From Candidatus Saccharimonadota bacterium (GTDB lineage Bacteria > Patescibacteriota > Saccharimonadia > Saccharimonadales > Saccharimonadaceae), in contig JAFWIF010000014.1 of the NCBI GenBank assembly GCA_017514975.1, positions 52,070-116,069 of the forward strand: DNA of 64,000 nucleotides. Direction: 5' to 3'. The position numbers and the translations under genes are program-made. The number at the start of each line of letters is the position of its first letter. The first letter of the stretch is position 1. Below, piece by piece: positions 36,835-46,875 of the stretch. The notes beneath the pieces are model-generated. The model searched no databases. It saw only the letters and a list, made by a program, of their open reading frames with translations, and had not been told where the DNA came from.

Positions 36835-38060
36835 CAGAAACGATTCCTTTTGTGACGTCTAACTTCGTCGTAAATTTGAATACACTTGCGCGCGACATCA
36901 TCCCACGAGATACGTGTGTACTCGCGGCGAATACCATCGCGCAAAGTATAGCCAAGCGCAGGACTCTCGGCGATATTGACTAAAGCGCTAGCTAGCTTGT
37001 CTTCGTCCCAAAAATCGTATTTCACGATAGAATGCAAGATCTCGCCAACGCCAGACTGTTTAGTAATAACGAGAGCATTGCCGTGATGAGCCGCTTCGAG
37101 AGCAGTAAGACCAAAGGGTTCCGAGACCGACGACATGACGAAGATATCGGAGATACTATAAATATCGCGTAGCTGTTTGCCGCGTATAAAACCAGTGAAA
37201 ATTACATTTTGGGAGATGCCGAGCTCGGCGGACATTTTAACTAACTGTTCACGTTGTTCGCCGTCACCCGCAAACATAAAGATCATCTTTGGGTGAATCA
37301 TGATAGCGCGAGCGGCGGCACGCATAAGGTGGTAAAGGCCCTTTTGTAGCGTAAAGCGCCCGACGGTTGAGACGATCGTGTAGCCTTGCTTTTTGAGGTT
37401 TTCGAGATATTGGTAACTCGAACCGTCATAGCGATAGTCGACCTCGTCGTCTGGCATCTCGAAAGCATTATGTGCGACATCGATTTTGTCGGCTGGTAAC
37501 TTGTAGCGCTCAATGAGAATATTTTTCGTAGCTTGACTCACGGCGATAATCTTATCCGCCCAAACTAGACCTTCGTATTCGATCTGGTGAATCAGAGGAT
37601 TGCCGCCATTTGCGCCGCCGCGATCGAACTCGGTCGCATGAACATGGGCGATGAGCGGAATACCGTAAAGCTTTTTGGCGAGAATACCGGCTTCGTAAGT
37701 AAGCCAATCGTGCGCATGGATAACGTCCGGCTTGTAATCCATCAGATATTGTTTGACGAACTGACAATAATCCCTCTGGAGATCGCGAATCGAATAAAGG
37801 CGATCCTCGCGGGCGACCCTGAAGCGCTTCTCTTCTAGGCCTTTATTGTCGTAAGCCGATCCTCCGTAACGAAACAGCGGATCGATACGCGTTGCGGACA
37901 AGACGCGCATATAGTCGAAATGATGCTCAGCTTCGTAAGGTACCACGAAATCGATATCCGCACCCAATTTCGCTAAAGACTTTGACAAATTGAGACAAGC
38001 GACACCAAGCCCACCACTATTGTGGGGCGGTAATTCCCATCCTAGCATCAAAATCTTCAT
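36834..38060 (-). CDS. GT4/GT5-type glycosyltransferase (glycogen/alpha-glucan synthase-like)
   Basis: MKILMLGWELPPHNSGGLGVA start and the C-terminal block EPFGLTALEAAHHGNALV. Its TGA overlaps the GH57 ATG as TGATG. Confidence 0.7.
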   Translation of the reverse strand: MKILMLGWELPPHNSGGLGVACLNLSKSLAKLGADIDFVVPYEAEHHFDYMRVLSATRIDPLFRYGGSAYDNKGLEEKRFRVAREDRLYSIRDLQRDYCQFVKQYLMDYKPDVIHAHDWLTYEAGILAKKLYGIPLIAHVHATEFDRGGANGGNPLIHQIEYEGLVWADKIIAVSQATKNILIERYKLPADKIDVAHNAFEMPDDEVDYRYDGSSYQYLENLKKQGYTIVSTVGRFTLQKGLYHLMRAAARAIMIHPKMIFMFAGDGEQREQLVKMSAELGISQNVIFTGFIRGKQLRDIYSISDIFVMSSVSEPFGLTALEAAHHGNALVITKQSGVGEILHSIVKYDFWDEDKLASALVNIAESPALGYTLRDGIRREYTRISWDDVARKCIQIYDEVRRHKRNRF

Positions 38061-38435
38061 CTACACCAAGTATAGCACTTTACAAGATAAACGCAAGCGT
38101 CATCATCGATAAGGCCATCTGGGCCGTTAAAACCGCATTTTACCTCTGTAATGCGCGATAGTTTTCCACATTTGTGTTGTAAAAAATACAGAATCGTTTT
38201 GCGAGCAAGGTCGTATGTTGTAAAAAATAATAATACAGATATAGAAGTAATCGGCGTAGCGCCGGAAGCGTGCTGTTTGCATTTTTGATAAAGCTTTGCT
38301 ATAATAGATGTAACTTATTCAATTACTTGTTACGCAACTAAACAAACTCTACGCTGTAGATTCAGGTTTTTTACGTCAAAAGTGTGGGAATTTGTAATGT
38401 AACTTGAATATTTTATTTTAAAAAAGGAAGGATAT

Positions 38436-40565
38436 ATGGATAAACAATCTGAAGCGAACCGTCGCGCAAAGCTACTAAAAATGCGCGCAGACCGTTTGCC
38501 CGACATCAAGAAACAGTTTGAAGAAAACCAAAAACGCAACTTTAACTCTAACTTTGCGCCTGGCGGAAAAGATGCCGCGACGCCTACCAGAGACGCTGCG
38601 CGCGGACGCAACGCTATAAAGACGCCTCATAGCCGCACGCGTAGCCAAAAAAATACAAAAAGCTCGACGGATAGCAAAAAAGACATAAAGTTGATGGTGT
38701 CAACGCGAAAAGGAGAAATGGTCCACCATCAGAGGATGTTGAGCCAAGACGTCAATGCGCAAGCAACGCAACATATTATTGGCATGCCGGTCAATAAGTC
38801 TCGCTATAATGGAAATAACGGAAACCAGTTGACGATGAGTCAGGTGCGCGCAGCTCGACCGCACAAGGATGCCGTACGAATTATCCCGATTGGTGGCCTG
38901 GGTGAATTCGGCATCGGCAAGAACATGACTGCAATCGAATATCAGGGGGAGATTATCTTAGTAGATATGGGTACATTGTTTGCGGACTCGGATTACCCTG
39001 GAGTCAATTACATGATTCCCGACTCGAAGTGGCTGACCGATAACCGCGAAAAGGTAAAGGCGATTCTCTTTACGCACGCCCACCTCGACCATATCGGGGC
39101 GTGTCGACATCTACTGCCCTTTTTTGGTAATCTAGTGCCAATTTATGCAACAGAATTTACATTAGGCATGATCAAAAAACAGATGTCTGAGCTTTCTGAT
39201 GTGCCAGATCTCAATTACCATGCTGTCGACCCGTTAAAACACGAGCAGATAAAGGTGTCGGATCATCTCTCTGTAGAGTTTGTCCATATGCTACATTCGA
39301 TTCCGGGCAATACGTCAATCGTAGTACGTACACCAAACGGCACAGTTCTCCTATCTGGAGACTGGCGCTTTGAGGAAAACCCAATGGACACACCCGCTGA
39401 TTACGCGCGCCTACGGGAGATTGCCGACTCAGAGGGCTTTGCGCTCATCTTAAACGAATCGACAAATATCGACGTTCCGGGGACACATCCGCACAGCGAG
39501 TACGATGTTGGCGACAATATTGGTCGCGTGATGGACAACTATGCGACAGGGCGAATTATCGTTTCGTGTTTCTCGTCTCAAGTAAAACGTATCGAATTAA
39601 TACTAAACGAAGCAGCAAAGCGTGGTCGCAAAGTTGCGTTTGCGGGCTTCTCGATGATTAATAACGTCGAGGTAGCACTACGCGCAAAAACTATTAAAAT
39701 TCCTAAAGATACAATCTTTAAAATGGAAGATATCGTGAAGCTGCCAGATGAAAAAATTACAATCGTTTGTACTGGCTCGCAAGGAGAGATGAACGCAGTG
39801 CTATCTCGCATGGTGACTGGAGCGCATCGTTTTATTAAGATTAAGGCAAGCGATACGATTATCTTCAGCTCGAGTCCAATACCTGGAAACGAACCGCGCG
39901 TGATGAATACGGTAGACGGATTGTTGCGCGAGGGAGCACAGGTTATCCAGCACAATAAGACACATCTCACCAATATTGGCCCATTACATCTCTCTGGACA
40001 CGCATACTACGAAGACCATGTGAAGTTTGTCACCGATCTACATCCAAAAAACTATATGCCTTATCACGGCGAGTTTTACATGCTCGAACATAATGCGGAG
40101 ATGGCAGAAAACGTAGTCGGTATCCCACGCGATCATATTATTGTGGCGGACGACGGCGATATCGTGGAGCTAATGCCAGACCAAACAATTCACAAGAATG
40201 GACGCATCCACGTCGGGAACAAGCTATATGACGACGCCGATCAACAAGTCAATGAGGCTGTCGTTAAAGACCGCATCCACATTTCGCGCGAGGGGATTTT
40301 TGTCGTCGTTCTAACGATTAGTAAAAAAACCGGTTGCCTCGTAAAAACCCCAGACATCATTTCACGCGCTTTTATCTATCTCGACAACTCGGAGGAATTG
40401 ATAGGCAAAATCCGTCACTATCTTCGTGCAAAAACGAGCCGCAGTAATACTGGGCCAGTCGATGTGAAGAAGCTCAAAGATGAGTTAAAGGAAGACGTGA
40501 CGCATCTCTTGTTTGACGTAACTGGACATACGCCGATTGTTATTCCCGTTATTAATAAAGTTTAA
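38436..40565 (+). CDS. rnj: Ribonuclease J with a roughly 150-aa basic N-terminal extension
   Basis: RBS AAGGAAGGA. Metallo-beta-lactamase motif THAHLDHIG, beta-CASP region, and C-terminal domain. Confidence 0.85.
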   Translation: MDKQSEANRRAKLLKMRADRLPDIKKQFEENQKRNFNSNFAPGGKDAATPTRDAARGRNAIKTPHSRTRSQKNTKSSTDSKKDIKLMVSTRKGEMVHHQRMLSQDVNAQATQHIIGMPVNKSRYNGNNGNQLTMSQVRAARPHKDAVRIIPIGGLGEFGIGKNMTAIEYQGEIILVDMGTLFADSDYPGVNYMIPDSKWLTDNREKVKAILFTHAHLDHIGACRHLLPFFGNLVPIYATEFTLGMIKKQMSELSDVPDLNYHAVDPLKHEQIKVSDHLSVEFVHMLHSIPGNTSIVVRTPNGTVLLSGDWRFEENPMDTPADYARLREIADSEGFALILNESTNIDVPGTHPHSEYDVGDNIGRVMDNYATGRIIVSCFSSQVKRIELILNEAAKRGRKVAFAGFSMINNVEVALRAKTIKIPKDTIFKMEDIVKLPDEKITIVCTGSQGEMNAVLSRMVTGAHRFIKIKASDTIIFSSSPIPGNEPRVMNTVDGLLREGAQVIQHNKTHLTNIGPLHLSGHAYYEDHVKFVTDLHPKNYMPYHGEFYMLEHNAEMAENVVGIPRDHIIVADDGDIVELMPDQTIHKNGRIHVGNKLYDDADQQVNEAVVKDRIHISREGIFVVVLTISKKTGCLVKTPDIISRAFIYLDNSEELIGKIRHYLRAKTSRSNTGPVDVKKLKDELKEDVTHLLFDVTGHTPIVIPVINKV

Positions 40566-40643
40566 TTGCGTGTGCTTTTAATTGCGCGACTTGCGTGTGC
40601 TTAGCAAAGTGCTATAATAAGCATAAGCTAAAAGGGAGAAATC

Positions 40644-41369
40644 ATGTCAAAAACTGACGATTCGGCATCAAAAACAGCTGCCGACAAAGCAAAGCAAAGC
40701 ACCGTACGCAGCTCCGCGCATCGCACCACGAGCACAGACGATAGTCAGCCAGAGCACTGCTCAGGATGCAATTGTCACAATCGCGAAAAGAGTGCGCCCT
40801 ACTATCACTGTGGTGGCAACGTTGTGGTAGTTTGTATCTTTACTGCTATGCTGACGGCTATCTTAGTAGTTTTGATTTTCGCATTCTGTCTTTCGACGTT
40901 TGCAAAATCATACTCTGCCAATCATGCACCAATAAACAACTATCAAAGTGGGCGCTATGAAGATGCGGTCGCACGAGAAACTGGCGCTGATTCTGGCGAC
41001 GAAGTCGATCTCGGCAATGTTGCTGGTCGAAAGATCAATCTTGATGCGGTCGCGATGCTTGATTACCTCTCGCGTGATGAAAGCGCATTTATTATGCTAT
41101 CAACGAAAGATTGCGCCGAATGTAACGCGCTTTCGGAAAATGTCGAGAAGCTTCTTATCTCCCACCCTACCGCTACTGTTTACGAGACTATTGTCGACAA
41201 CCATACTTCGCTGACTGACGACGAGTCTAGGGTCGTCGAGGCTCTCTCTACCGATGATCGCTACCCGGCGTTTCTTTACCTCAAAGATGGCTGCGTCTAT
41301 GATCGCCTCGACAATCTTAATGACGAGGACGCCCTGAAAACTTTCATCGAAAAATACAGCCAGTCCTAA
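40644..41369 (+). CDS. Membrane-anchored thioredoxin-fold protein (CxxC) with a Cys/His-rich cytoplasmic N-terminus
   Basis: RBS GGGAG. There is a TM at about residues 60-85. The external domain has STKDCAECN, and the N-terminus has HCSGCNCH...HCGG. Confidence 0.4.
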   Translation: MSKTDDSASKTAADKAKQSTVRSSAHRTTSTDDSQPEHCSGCNCHNREKSAPYYHCGGNVVVVCIFTAMLTAILVVLIFAFCLSTFAKSYSANHAPINNYQSGRYEDAVARETGADSGDEVDLGNVAGRKINLDAVAMLDYLSRDESAFIMLSTKDCAECNALSENVEKLLISHPTATVYETIVDNHTSLTDDESRVVEALSTDDRYPAFLYLKDGCVYDRLDNLNDEDALKTFIEKYSQS

Positions 41370-41450
41370 ATTCTTAACGTAGACCGCCCAGACAAAGCGC
41401 CCTTTGCGAGAAAACGTCTAGTAGAGGTCAATATCTGCTAGAATAGCACT

Positions 41451-42131
41451 ATGGATCAACTAATCTTCGTAGATAAGCCTGCTGGTATGTCTAGCTTCGG
41501 TGCGGTTGCTCGCGTTCGGCGCATTTTATCCGAAAAGGCCGGCAAAAAGGTCAAAGTCGGCCATACCGGCACGCTTGACCCCTTTGCGACTGGTCTCCTT
41601 ATCCTTCTTGCTGGTAAGGCGACGAAGCGTGCTCCCGAATTTCTAAAACTCGACAAAGTCTACGAGGCCACAATCTATCTCGGTAAGAGCTCTACTACTG
41701 GCGACCCTGAAGGCGAAATTACTTCAACCGCCCCCAACGCCGAGGCCGGTAGCGATTCTGCTTTAGTCTCAAATATCTCAAAGCAGCATATTCTCGACAC
41801 GCTCCAATCTTTTACTGGCAAAATCACTCAAACTCCCCCCATTTTTTCCGCTATCAAAATTAACGGCGAGCGCGCCTATCGCCTTGCCAGAAAAGGCGAG
41901 AAAGTCGCAATACCTACTCGTGAGGTTGAAGTTTACTCGATTGAACTTCTTGACTTTTCTCTGCCGTTAATCAAAATCCGTACCCATGTCGGCTCTGGTA
42001 CTTATATTCGTTCTCTCGCTGTTGATATCGGAAAAGCCCTCGGCTGCGGAGCTTATCTGACCGCGCTCCGTCGTACCAAAATTGCTGATTACGACCTCGC
42101 CGACCTCCCCCTCTTTCCGCTCCCCGAATAA
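41451..42131 (+). CDS. truB: tRNA pseudouridine(55) synthase TruB (short form)
   Basis: KPAGMSSF and VGHTGTLDPFATGLL catalytic motif. Confidence 0.85.
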   Translation: MDQLIFVDKPAGMSSFGAVARVRRILSEKAGKKVKVGHTGTLDPFATGLLILLAGKATKRAPEFLKLDKVYEATIYLGKSSTTGDPEGEITSTAPNAEAGSDSALVSNISKQHILDTLQSFTGKITQTPPIFSAIKINGERAYRLARKGEKVAIPTREVEVYSIELLDFSLPLIKIRTHVGSGTYIRSLAVDIGKALGCGAYLTALRRTKIADYDLADLPLFPLPE

Positions 42132-42139
42132 TCTATAAG

Positions 42140-42181
42140 CCAACCAAAACTCTGCGTCTTCAGAGTCTGAAGGCGCTACAT
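42140..42181 (-). ncRNA. Candidate short hairpin-terminated transcript (copy 4)
   Basis: The minus strand reads AGAAGTATGTAG-GCGCCTTCAG-ACT-CTGAAGACGC-AGAGTTTTGGTTGG and starts about 7 nt after the minus-strand TATAAT. Confidence 0.3.
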
Positions 42182-42187
42182 ACTTCT

Positions 42188-42248
42188 ATTATAGCACAAA
42201 ATCTAAAAAATATCAAGCATTGACGGTATCCTCAAAAACTGCTTAAAT
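42188..42248. promoter_or_regulatory. Back-to-back divergent promoters (cassette copy 6, plus-strand gene)
   Basis: Plus strand: TTGACG (42220..42225), 17 nt, TTAAAT (42243..42248), leader AGGTCAAAATAAA (42260..42272). Minus strand: TTGATA (42216..42211), 17 nt, TATAAT (42193..42188). Confidence 0.5.
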
Positions 42249-42298
42249 AAAATTACAATAGGTCAAAATAAAAAATACAAAAATACAAGGAAACATCT

Positions 42299-45200
42299 AT
42301 GCTTTTTCGAGGTGCCCCTAAAAAGGCGAAACTTACGAAACTACGTTTATCTATCCTAATTTTCGCCTTCGCTGTTATCGGCATCGCAATAACCAGTGTC
42401 GCGCTTGAGTCGAAGGCTCGCCTCTCTGCCTTTGCTGACACCTATCAAACTATTGCTGCGCCTAGCGTTAACAATGGCGCATCCTTTGACAACTATACAT
42501 TGACTCCCGACAACTCGAGTATTGCCGACCCCACAATCCTAAAAGACGGTAATTCGTATTACATCGCAAAGACTACGAGCTGGCGCGGCGTGTATATTCA
42601 TAAATCTGACGATTTTAAAGACTGGAAAACTGGCTTTTATGGACTCTCCTGTAATGCTAATTTCACCGGTAGCGGCGACGATACGCGCATTACGCAATTT
42701 TCCTGTCCTGGTCACGATTTTACTAGCGAGCTGTCTAGTGGCCAGACGGGGGTTGGCTTCTGGGCGCCAGAGATTTACAAGCACAATAATAAATTCTATC
42801 TTTTAGTGACTTATATGCCGACGTTCGGCAATGCTCCTCGCGACCGCTATGCTCAACTGTATCTTGCCGAAGCTGATACACTTTCTGCTGGTAGTTTTAC
42901 GAACTTTCGACATATCGATGTGGCTGCTCAGCACGTTATCGATGGTAATCTGTTCTTTGATGATGATGGACGCATCTATCTCTATTTCAAAGACGAAAGC
43001 GAAGCTAATAATTGGACAATTAAAGTCGTCGAACTCGATGCGAACTTCAACCGCAAGACCGCTCCAAAAATCGTCTTAAATAGCAAGGAGCTCGGTTGGG
43101 AAAGTAGCTTCAATGAGGGGAGTTGGATGATGAAAAAGAATGGCACTTACTATCTAATGTATTCGGCGAATTATTATAAATGTACTGACTACGAAATCGG
43201 TTACGCGACTGCGACCTCGCCAACCGCACTCTTTGAAAAACAAAACACTGCGTTCCCGCTCCTAAGCGGTTATGATGCGAATCTTAAATGTGCTCGCAAT
43301 AACGGCGAGATGGGTTCATGGGATAGCGACAATCATGTCTATGGCACTGGCCATCATTCTGTATTAAAAGTTTCCGAAGATGAATATTATATACTCTATC
43401 ACTCAATCAACTACAATGATGGCAGCCCGGCGACTTTAGACGAGAAATATAAGAATCGTCGCCTAAATGCCGACCGCCTCGGTTTTGATAGCAATGGTCG
43501 CATTTTCGTCAACGGTCCTACCACGCGTAAGCAGCCCCTACCCTCTGGCACAAACGGCTTCTATCAACTTTCTAATAACTACTATTCTCTAAACGCTAGC
43601 GGTAGCACTAATGCCGACGTCCTCCGCGATAAAATCAACTACAATTCGAAAAACACCGCTGAAGTCTTTAATGCCGCCCCGACCTCTACCGTCGGCTCGC
43701 TTACTACCGATACTTTAACTTATACGCTCAACAAACGCATGGATATTGCGGACATCTGGCTCTATGCTAACCCTGCCAAGTCCGAACTCTCGCGTATGCA
43801 GACCAGTACTGCCCAAGGCGCCGCACCAAACTTTTCGGGTGTTACCGCCGACGTCATAATAAACAACCAGTACATCATGCAGGACGTTAACCTCGGTAAT
43901 GATGCTGTTGCAAAAATTCAACTCCCCAATGCTAGTCAAATTCCTACGCATATTGGCACAATCAAAGTAAAACTCTCCAAAGCTACGCCTTTGACCGAGA
44001 CCATCCTCGTCTCAAACACTCTCAAGACTTACGAAGACCCCGTATCATTCTGCGCTATCACCTTCGACGCTAACGGTGGAAATACTGCCTCGACGCAGCT
44101 TGTCAGTTGCGGCGGCTCTCTGTCAAATCTCCCCTCGTCAAGTCGCGACGGCTATACTTTTGACGGCTGGTATACTGCTAAAACAGGCGGCAATAAGCTC
44201 ACGACCGCCACTGTCATCAATAACGACATCGTTTACTACGCTCACTGGACGCAGAACCCAACAATCAATGCGCAATGTAGCGATATCGACTACGGCGAAA
44301 TCGTATTTATCGGTGATTCATATGGTAATGCCTATAATGCCGAAAATTTGCGCACCAATGTAATTGAAAAGTCATGGCCAAACCAAACGGCCGCTCTTCT
44401 CGGCGCGCAAAATTTCGTCAATATGTCCTACGGCGGAGCGGGCTTTGCAAGAAGTGCAAATAGCGTCGCGGACACCTATTTTGACACAATGATTGGCCTC
44501 ACCGCAGATAAAGTCTCTGATAAAGCAAAGGTTCGTTGGATTGTAACTCAGGGCGGCTATAACGATCAAAGCAAAAGCTCGACCGACATCCTCGCTCATG
44601 CTGCCAACTTCTCGTCAGCTGCTACGAGTCTGTATCCAAATGCTCGACTTGCAATCGGTATGATTGGCTGGGATTTACGCGAAAATATCCAGAACCAAAT
44701 CACCAACAATTCTCTACCGATATACCGAACCATCGCTGAAGATTATGGCATGCAATATATCGACGGTTCCGATACGACTCTTCATAATCGCCCAGAATAT
44801 TTCTCAAACGACAATTTCCATCCGAACGTTACTGGCGAGCTTGCCATCGCCGAACATACCGCAAACTTTCTCTGTGAGAATACCCTCAATATTAATTATC
44901 ATGTCGGCAATGAACTGAGCAAAACTATCTATACGACAGGAAAAACCAATAAAGTCAAGAGCATTTCCTCGACCGCTAGCCGCAGCTTTAAAGGTTGGGC
45001 GACTAGTCCTGACGGCGCAGTGAAGTACGCGGGCAATACACTCATTAACGACGACTTCATTAAGGCCAATAAAGTCGTTGACCTCTATGCGGTCTTTGCA
45101 GACATTCATTCCGTTGCCTTCACCGACGGCCAAGGCAACACTCTCAAGACCGAAGCCGTCGAGCATGGCTCTTCTGCTACTCCGCCTGCTAATCCTAGCC

Positions 45201-45850
45201 GTCCCGGTTATACCTTTGCTGGCTGGAATAAATCCCATGATAATATTGCATCTGACACCGTGATTGAGGCCGCATGGACTCCTCACGTTCTCTATGTCCG
45301 CTACAACGCCAACGGGGGCATCATGGCCGAAGAACACGATAGCAACATCAGCCTTGATCAAGACGGCTGGGTCGTCAACACTAACGTTGGTTGGGCTAGC
45401 GACGAAGCCGGCAATTACCGCGGTCGCTTTGGTGCTTATGGTGGCAGTATACTCAATACCGGTCTTACCGATTACAATAACTCTAACTATCTTAACCTCA
45501 TTCGCGCAGGTCATCATATTGAGAAAGGTAAGGAATGGAACACTAAGCCAGATGGTACAGGCATCAGCTATAATCAAGCCACCGTTTATCAAGTGTCAGA
45601 CCTCGCCGACCTCGCTCATTCCGACCAAACCCTTATCCTATACGCCAATTGGCAACAAGACCCTGTGGAAAAACCTGTGGAAAACCCTACTGCTCAACCC
45701 TCTTCGCAAAATAATTCTCAGAAAGCTAAAGCCGCTATCAGCAACCCTAAAACTGCCAGTAGCGACAGCCTCCTCAAGCTTATCGTCGCCGCTCTTGTCG
45801 GCTCCAGCACGCTCGCTGCTCTCTACTTTATATTTCTCCGTCGCCGTTAA
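42299..45850 (+). CDS. Surface-anchored multi-enzyme: GH43-like propeller, Listeria-Bacteroides repeats, SGNH/GDSL esterase, NPKT sorting signal
   Basis: FWAPEIYKHNNKFYL and NEGSWMMKKNGTYYLMYS (GH43-like); DGYTFDGWYT and PGYTFAGWNK repeats; VFIGDSYGN...GGYND...DNFHPN (SGNH); C-terminus NPKTAS plus TM plus RRR. Confidence 0.7.
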   Translation: MLFRGAPKKAKLTKLRLSILIFAFAVIGIAITSVALESKARLSAFADTYQTIAAPSVNNGASFDNYTLTPDNSSIADPTILKDGNSYYIAKTTSWRGVYIHKSDDFKDWKTGFYGLSCNANFTGSGDDTRITQFSCPGHDFTSELSSGQTGVGFWAPEIYKHNNKFYLLVTYMPTFGNAPRDRYAQLYLAEADTLSAGSFTNFRHIDVAAQHVIDGNLFFDDDGRIYLYFKDESEANNWTIKVVELDANFNRKTAPKIVLNSKELGWESSFNEGSWMMKKNGTYYLMYSANYYKCTDYEIGYATATSPTALFEKQNTAFPLLSGYDANLKCARNNGEMGSWDSDNHVYGTGHHSVLKVSEDEYYILYHSINYNDGSPATLDEKYKNRRLNADRLGFDSNGRIFVNGPTTRKQPLPSGTNGFYQLSNNYYSLNASGSTNADVLRDKINYNSKNTAEVFNAAPTSTVGSLTTDTLTYTLNKRMDIADIWLYANPAKSELSRMQTSTAQGAAPNFSGVTADVIINNQYIMQDVNLGNDAVAKIQLPNASQIPTHIGTIKVKLSKATPLTETILVSNTLKTYEDPVSFCAITFDANGGNTASTQLVSCGGSLSNLPSSSRDGYTFDGWYTAKTGGNKLTTATVINNDIVYYAHWTQNPTINAQCSDIDYGEIVFIGDSYGNAYNAENLRTNVIEKSWPNQTAALLGAQNFVNMSYGGAGFARSANSVADTYFDTMIGLTADKVSDKAKVRWIVTQGGYNDQSKSSTDILAHAANFSSAATSLYPNARLAIGMIGWDLRENIQNQITNNSLPIYRTIAEDYGMQYIDGSDTTLHNRPEYFSNDNFHPNVTGELAIAEHTANFLCENTLNINYHVGNELSKTIYTTGKTNKVKSISSTASRSFKGWATSPDGAVKYAGNTLINDDFIKANKVVDLYAVFADIHSVAFTDGQGNTLKTEAVEHGSSATPPANPSRPGYTFAGWNKSHDNIASDTVIEAAWTPHVLYVRYNANGGIMAEEHDSNISLDQDGWVVNTNVGWASDEAGNYRGRFGAYGGSILNTGLTDYNNSNYLNLIRAGHHIEKGKEWNTKPDGTGISYNQATVYQVSDLADLAHSDQTLILYANWQQDPVEKPVENPTAQPSSQNNSQKAKAAISNPKTASSDSLLKLIVAALVGSSTLAALYFIFLRRR

Positions 45851-45852
45851 GC

Positions 45853-46833
45853 CTATTCTATAAATACGGTTCCATAGTAGCTTACGAAAAATGCCAACAT
45901 CATCACCCCTTCAATGCGACTAATTTTCCGTTTCTGGAACGCAAAGGCAAACAAAACGATTGCCGAGATTGCGAAGGTGAAAATATCAATTGCAGAGAAG
46001 CCAGTAACGTCAACTCCGCCAAACATCACGGCTGGGACTCCTAATACGACCGCAATGTTAAAAATATTGCTGCCGATGATGTTTCCGATAAGGAGTTCTT
46101 GTTCACCTTTTTTGGCTGCCATAACAGACGTTACTAGTTCTGGTAATGAAGTGCCGAAGGCAATCACCGTCAAAGAGATAATCCTTTCGCTGACACCGAA
46201 GGTATGCGCGATTTCCGTTGCAGACTCGACAACTAAGTGGCTTCCAAGAATAATGCCTGCAAGACCCAAGCCAACAAACAATAGTGATTTTGCTAATTTG
46301 TATTTTGGTCGCTCCTCCACATCTTCGGCGCGACCGCGAATCGCCGTCTTCACTAAATAGTAGACGAAAAATATAAAAAACATAATTGTCGTAATACCGT
46401 CCGCGCGCGAAAAATAGTCGTCCGATGCACCGTTGAGGGTGCTGTCTAGAATTAAGTTGACGAGCAAGCCCGTCAGAAGAATATAAAACGGAATCTCTTT
46501 GATAACAGTCTGCCTACGTACGACAACGGGGCGAATCACCGCAGCGAGGCCGAGAATCAAGAAGATGTTCAAAATATTACTACCGATAACGTTTCCCAGC
46601 ACCATATCAGAGCTGCCGCTTGCAAGGGCTTTGATACTGACGGCGAGTTCCGGGGCGCTAGTTCCGAACGCAACAATCGTCAAGCCAATCAAGATTTTTG
46701 GAACTTTAAAATTTTGAGCTGTGCTAGACGCGCCATCGACAAAAATATCTGCGCCCTTGATGAGCAAGGCGAAACCTACCACCAAAAGTATTATTTGCAA
46801 GACTAACATAATGACGTTATTATACCACGCCAC
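45853..46833 (-). CDS. Ca2+/Na+ antiporter, CaCA (YrbG-like) family
   Basis: Two alpha-repeats, FGTSAPELAVS...GNVIGSNILNI and FGTSLPELVTS...GNIIGSNIFNI. Confidence 0.8.
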   Translation of the reverse strand: MAWYNNVIMLVLQIILLVVGFALLIKGADIFVDGASSTAQNFKVPKILIGLTIVAFGTSAPELAVSIKALASGSSDMVLGNVIGSNILNIFLILGLAAVIRPVVVRRQTVIKEIPFYILLTGLLVNLILDSTLNGASDDYFSRADGITTIMFFIFFVYYLVKTAIRGRAEDVEERPKYKLAKSLLFVGLGLAGIILGSHLVVESATEIAHTFGVSERIISLTVIAFGTSLPELVTSVMAAKKGEQELLIGNIIGSNIFNIAVVLGVPAVMFGGVDVTGFSAIDIFTFAISAIVLFAFAFQKRKISRIEGVMMLAFFVSYYGTVFIE

Positions 46834-46875
46834 TTTGCGCCTAATGGTGCTAAAATACTATTAATCGTATCGATC

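Noticed and set aside
44804-45592. A 262-aa antisense ORF inside the 1183-aa surface gene, plus similar nested or alternative-frame ORFs at 45264..45863, 14752..15348, 13582..13893, 8370..8804, 48125..48652 and 4002..4496
   Set aside because: They lie entirely within better-supported genes with recognisable domains. They have low-complexity or odd composition and no RBS, which is typical of open antisense or alternative frames within compositionally biased coding sequence.
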